In this document: piece after piece, positions 59,954-64,000 of the stretch | How positions within the stretch are numbered: the first letter of the stretch is position 1 | Layout of the letters: each line of letters begins with the position of its first letter | From: Treponema sp. | GTDB taxonomy: Bacteria; Spirochaetota; Spirochaetia; Treponematales; Breznakiellaceae | Direction of reading: 5' to 3' | DNA: 64,000 nucleotides | Assembly: GCA_031279555.1 (NCBI GenBank) | Contig: JAITIK010000005.1 | Span: 1,464 to 65,463, forward strand | Made by a program: the position numbers and the translations under genes | Notes under the pieces: model-generated | Database searches by the model: none | Told to the model about the DNA's origin: nothing | What the model saw: only the letters and a program-made list of their open reading frames with translations

Positions 59954-59995
59954 CAAAGAAGAGTAATTGTCCTTATACTATTAAAAGAGGAAATA

Positions 59996-61219
59996 ATGGC
60001 TGATTTACAACTCGCATTTGTTAATTTCAAGCAGAATGCATATATTGTAGTTGAAGGGCATACCCAAATAGCAGATCGTTTTTTTATTATCAGAACAGGA
60101 AAAGTGCGCATATCTAAAACCGTTCAGGTTGTTAAGGAAGAAGGCGGCGGCATTCTCGGACCGGGAGATTTTTTTTCGGTTGTTTCTACTATGTCGAGTC
60201 ATCGACAAATAGAAACCGCCCAAGCGATAACCGATGTCACCCTCATCTCGGTTCACAAAGAACAGTACAGTCAGCTTATCAAGAACAACGCGCCGGTCGC
60301 TATGAAGATCATCATGCAATTCTCCAAACGCATGCGCTATCTGGATGCGGCGCTCGCCAGTATAACGCTGAATAGCATGGTTACGGAAGATCCGTCCCAT
60401 CTCTTCAGCATCGCGCGGTATTACACGGACATAAGACAGTACGAGCAGGCGTATTACGCTTATCATCAATATATTAAATACTGCCCCAACGCGCCGGATG
60501 TCGAGCGCGCTCAGGATATTATGGGAAAAATCGCTCGATATGTACATGGCGTTCGATTTGACTACAAACCGGATGAATTTGCCAGAGTCTACCCTAAAAA
60601 CACCATGCTTTTCTGTGAAAATGAACCGGGAGACGAGCTTTTCATCATACAAAAAGGCGCGGTGAAGATCACAAAAATACAGGAAAACAAAGAAGTCCTT
60701 CTCGCCGTACTCAAAACGGGGGATATTTTTGGAGAAATGGCGCTGCTTGAATCAAAGCCCCGTTCAGCAAGCGCCATCGCCTATGAGGATTGCACTGTTA
60801 TGGTGGTAAACAGAGCCAACTTTCAGCAGATGGTTTCTTCCCAGCCGCAGATGATAGCGCGTCTCACCACCCTTTTAGCGGAACGCATCTGGCTTATCTA
60901 CAAACAAATCGAAAACACCTGCATTACAGACCCCTTGGGGCGCGCCTATGACATGCTCCTGATGCAACTTGAAAGAAACCGCGTCAATGTAAGCAGCGAT
61001 CAGGCGTACTTCTTTGATTTTGGTCCCAAGGAACTTGTGACTATGTTGGGGTTGCCCCAATCGGAAGCTTCCTCAATCATGTCCAAACTTCTTGAAAATA
61101 AACATATTCAGTTTCAACGGGATAAAATTTATGTGCAGCATATTGCGAAAATTCTCAAAGAGGTCGAGATGTTCAAACGTTTGCAGGCGCGTGAAGACTT
61201 TTTGCGCTCCAGAGCGTAA
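59996..61219 (+). CDS. Protein with two cyclic-nucleotide-binding (CAP_ED) domains and a C-terminal HTH-like tail
   Basis: The first cNMP domain reads DRFFIIRTGKVRISK..GPGDFFS. The second reads DELFIIQKGAVKITK..GDIFGEMALLESKPRSASAIA. A TPR-like linker joins them. Confidence 0.8.
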   Translation: MADLQLAFVNFKQNAYIVVEGHTQIADRFFIIRTGKVRISKTVQVVKEEGGGILGPGDFFSVVSTMSSHRQIETAQAITDVTLISVHKEQYSQLIKNNAPVAMKIIMQFSKRMRYLDAALASITLNSMVTEDPSHLFSIARYYTDIRQYEQAYYAYHQYIKYCPNAPDVERAQDIMGKIARYVHGVRFDYKPDEFARVYPKNTMLFCENEPGDELFIIQKGAVKITKIQENKEVLLAVLKTGDIFGEMALLESKPRSASAIAYEDCTVMVVNRANFQQMVSSQPQMIARLTTLLAERIWLIYKQIENTCITDPLGRAYDMLLMQLERNRVNVSSDQAYFFDFGPKELVTMLGLPQSEASSIMSKLLENKHIQFQRDKIYVQHIAKILKEVEMFKRLQAREDFLRSRA

Positions 61220-61292
61220 GCCCGCAACCCGCGCCGCGTTGTGCGGCATGGCCGGCGGCATGAGCCGGCGGCTTATACCGTTAGGAGTTGGT

Positions 61293-61856
61293 ATGCGTAC
61301 GTTTTTTGCACTATTTTTTTGTTTGTCATTGGCCCTCTTCGCGTATGGTCAGAATGATCCCCAAGGTGTGGGAGGCGTCCAAAACGGCGCGGAGACTCTC
61401 CCCACATCGTACCGTGAAATTTCACTCGGCATGAGCCTTGACGAGTTGAAAACAGCCCTGTCCAAAGACGCTCTTTTCGGCTATCGCGGCGAGGAAGACG
61501 TTTCCTTTATACCTTCGCGGGAAGAAACGTATCTGGAGACCGCCGGCGCGTCTTTTATCAAACGGGCGTTGTTTCAAACAAAGGCGGATAAAGTGTACGC
61601 AATGACATTCACCCTCAACACCTCGCTTGTCGATTATTACTCCGTTTTTACCGCGCTGGTTAAAAAATACGGCGAACCCGCATACCTCGATCCAGGGCAG
61701 GCGGTATGGGAAGACGGCAGTACGCGGCTTTCCATTGAGCGCCCGCTTGCCGTAAAATACATTGACAAAGCGATTTTCACTTCAATCGTCAATGAAGCTG
61801 GCGCGAGAAAAAGCCAGGAAATACGATTGAGAGAGGAATTTTTAAGTGATTTCTAA
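61293..61856 (+). CDS. Secreted hypothetical protein
   Basis: ATG 61293 follows AGGAG. MRTFFALFFCLSLALFAYGQ is a signal peptide. No family recognised. Confidence 0.65.
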   Translation: MRTFFALFFCLSLALFAYGQNDPQGVGGVQNGAETLPTSYREISLGMSLDELKTALSKDALFGYRGEEDVSFIPSREETYLETAGASFIKRALFQTKADKVYAMTFTLNTSLVDYYSVFTALVKKYGEPAYLDPGQAVWEDGSTRLSIERPLAVKYIDKAIFTSIVNEAGARKSQEIRLREEFLSDF

Positions 61857-62331
61857 TAAAAGGACGTTTTTTTTGCGCATTGTATTATGCCTTGCGCCGC
61901 TTCTTTTCCAGTTTTCATGTTTTTCATCAAAACCTTTCAAGACAGCGCAACTTTCCATCGCAACCGCCGGCGGAAAAACCGTCCCCATATCAGTGGAAAT
62001 CGCCGCAACTGAAGAAGAGCGGGGCAAAGGACTCATGTTCAGAAAAGAACTCGAAGACGGCGAGGGTATGATCTTCCTCTTTGAAAAAGACCAAATCATG
62101 TCATTTTGGATGAAAAACACGCTTGTTCCGCTGTCAATTGCCTTTATTTTGTCTGACGGACGCATCGCGGAAATCCGCGACATGGAACCGCAGAGCCTGG
62201 CCGCCGTCAATTCCGAACGCTCGTGCCGTTACGCGCTGGAAGCGCCGCAGGGCTGGTTCGACAGGGCCGGCGTCGGCGCCGGCGACAGGGTATCCGTTGA
62301 GAGGCTCTCAATTGAGAGTCCGGCGCAATGA
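61846..62331 (+). CDS. DUF192-domain protein (probable lipoprotein)
   Basis: GLMFRKELEDGEGMIFLF..MSFWMKNTLVPLSIAFI..YALEAPQGWF is the typical DUF192 core. The N-terminus reads LLFQFSC. Confidence 0.8.
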   Translation: MISNKRTFFLRIVLCLAPLLFQFSCFSSKPFKTAQLSIATAGGKTVPISVEIAATEEERGKGLMFRKELEDGEGMIFLFEKDQIMSFWMKNTLVPLSIAFILSDGRIAEIRDMEPQSLAAVNSERSCRYALEAPQGWFDRAGVGAGDRVSVERLSIESPAQ

Positions 62332-62343
62332 CCGGAGGCTGGA

Positions 62344-64000
62344 GTGTTTATTGGATTGACGAAGCGTGTCCAACAAATCATAGCGGTGGACGCGCAGGAC
62401 GAGGCGCGGAGGTGTAATGTTGACGAGGTGTCGCCCGAACACATTATCATCGCCATTCTGAAAGGCGGAAGCGGACGGGCATGCAAGGCGCTCGCTTTGC
62501 TAAGAATAGACTTGAACGACTTTCACCGGTACATCGGCAATACCCTTATGCATATCGGCGGAACTATACTTGCCGGTGAAATCCCTCTTTCCCAGCGGAC
62601 GAAATATATGCTGGAAGCCGCTACGGAAGAAGCCCGCATAATGGAAAACGATCTGCTCGGCACCGAACACCTCCTGCTTGCGGCTATGCGGGATGCGGGC
62701 GTCATACAGACCTATCTTCTGCATAAAGAAATAGACGTGGACATCATGCGGATAACCATTCAGGCGGGAATGCCGTTCTCAAAAGACCCCTATGAGGATG
62801 AACAGGAAAACTGCGGCGACAAAAACGTCAAATCCCACGTCAGGGTGAGACCCGCTGTGTATCCGCAGCTTACGCCAACGCTGGACGCATTTTCCCATGA
62901 TCTCACCGCGCTTGCGCGGGATGGCAAACTTGAGCCTGTCATTGGGCGGGATAAAGAAATCAAGCGCGTGATGCGCATTCTGGCCCGTAAAACCAAGAAC
63001 AATCCGGCGCTGGTTGGGGAGCCGGGCGTTGGAAAGACCGCCGTCGTAGAGGGGCTTGCGCAGATGCTTGTCTCCAACAATGCGCCAGACATCCTCGAAA
63101 ACAACCGCATCGTCTCGCTTGACATGGGCGCCCTGATCGCCGGGTCCAAGTACCGGGGGGACTTTGAAGAGCGCCTCAAGAAAATTGTTGGGGAACTCAA
63201 ACAAGCGGCAAACATCATTCTGTTTATTGATGAAATTCACACGGTTATCGGAGCGGGAAATCCTGAGGGCGCGAATGACGCGGCGAACATGCTCAAGCCT
63301 CGATTGGCGCGAGGCGAATTCCGGTGCATAGGCGCGACCACCTCAACCGAATATCGCAAATACTTTGAAAAAGACCCCGCGCTGGAACGCCGTTTCCAGC
63401 CCGTAATGATCAACGAACCTGGTGTTGAGGAAACCATAGCCATTCTCACCGGCATAAAAACATCGTACGAAGCGTTTCACCGTGTGCGTTATACGGATGA
63501 GGCTGTTCTTGCCGCGGTACATTTAAGCCGGCGCTACCTTCCCGAACGCTTCATGCCTGATAAAGCCATTGATATGCTTGACGAAGCCGGCGCGCTTTTG
63601 AAAATGGACGCCACAGAGTCGCCGCCTGAAGTCGCCCATTTTGAAACAGAGATGCTACGTCTTCGCAAGGAAAAAAATCTTGCGTTTATAAATGGCGATA
63701 TTGAGAACGCCTTGCAGGTCAGGGAAAAGGTAAAAAAATTCCACATCCGCGTCGTTGAAGCTCAAACCGCATGGGAACGTTACGCGGACAATAAACGCCC
63801 CCTCGTCACCAAGCGCCATGTACAGGAGATAGCCTCAGACGCCACTGGCATACCCATCGCCCGCCTTGAGGGTATGGAAGCGCAGCGCATGTTGCGCCTT
63901 GAAGAAGATCTCCGCAAAACGATCATCGGCCAGGACGATGCGATCTCCCGCGTCGCTTCCGCCATACGAAGGGCGCGATGCGGCGTTTCTTCGCCCCTGC
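62344..64000 (+). CDS. clpC: ClpC-type AAA+ chaperone ATPase (partial; runs off the right edge)
   Basis: Absent from the track because it has no stop in the window. GTG 62344 lies 5 nt after GGAGG. My translation shows Clp_N repeats, Walker [30 protein letters not shown], a UVR-like linker, and then [19 protein letters not shown] (start of D2). Confidence 0.85.
   Translation, partial: MFIGLTKRVQQIIAVDAQDEARRCNVDEVSPEHIIIAILKGGSGRACKALALLRIDLNDFHRYIGNTLMHIGGTILAGEIPLSQRTKYMLEAATEEARIMENDLLGTEHLLLAAMRDAGVIQTYLLHKEIDVDIMRITIQAGMPFSKDPYEDEQENCGDKNVKSHVRVRPAVYPQLTPTLDAFSHDLTALARDGKLEPVIGRDKEIKRVMRILARKTKNNPALVGEPGVGKTAVVEGLAQMLVSNNAPDILENNRIVSLDMGALIAGSKYRGDFEERLKKIVGELKQAANIILFIDEIHTVIGAGNPEGANDAANMLKPRLARGEFRCIGATTSTEYRKYFEKDPALERRFQPVMINEPGVEETIAILTGIKTSYEAFHRVRYTDEAVLAAVHLSRRYLPERFMPDKAIDMLDEAGALLKMDATESPPEVAHFETEMLRLRKEKNLAFINGDIENALQVREKVKKFHIRVVEAQTAWERYADNKRPLVTKRHVQEIASDATGIPIARLEGMEAQRMLRLEEDLRKTIIGQDDAISRVASAIRRARCGVSSPL

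Overview
The window looks like spirochaete chromosome, probably Treponema-like. That is an inference from a flgB-flgC-fliE-fliF-fliG-fliH-fliI block, loose lipoboxes and roughly 50% GC by eye. It is mostly densely packed core genes: radC, pepF, gpsA, two rex paralogs, adhE, tmk, accA, metE, prs, recA, folK, rsmG and clpC. Five things stand out. (1) A same-strand rex-adhE-kinase-like-ferredoxin-HydS-PP2C-[FeFe]-hydrogenase block places a putative H2 sensor next to the ethanol-fermentation gene (9.9-18.9 kb). (2) A family of long hairpin-forming intergenic repeats has at least 14 copies, some in a ~150-nt composite form, and one copy sits inside the flagellar operon. (3) An AT-rich, decayed accessory patch (21.1-23.6 kb) carries a G15 homopolymer positioned to switch a reading frame that ends in an ATGA overlap with a secreted-protein gene. 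(4) A five-gene metal-homeostasis operon (copA and others) has candidate operators. (5) A cobalamin riboswitch precedes metE, and a DnaA-box cluster lies beside rsmG. All calls rest on reading the sequence and on motif recognition from memory. No database search was run, and repeat and regulatory coordinates are good to a few nt only.
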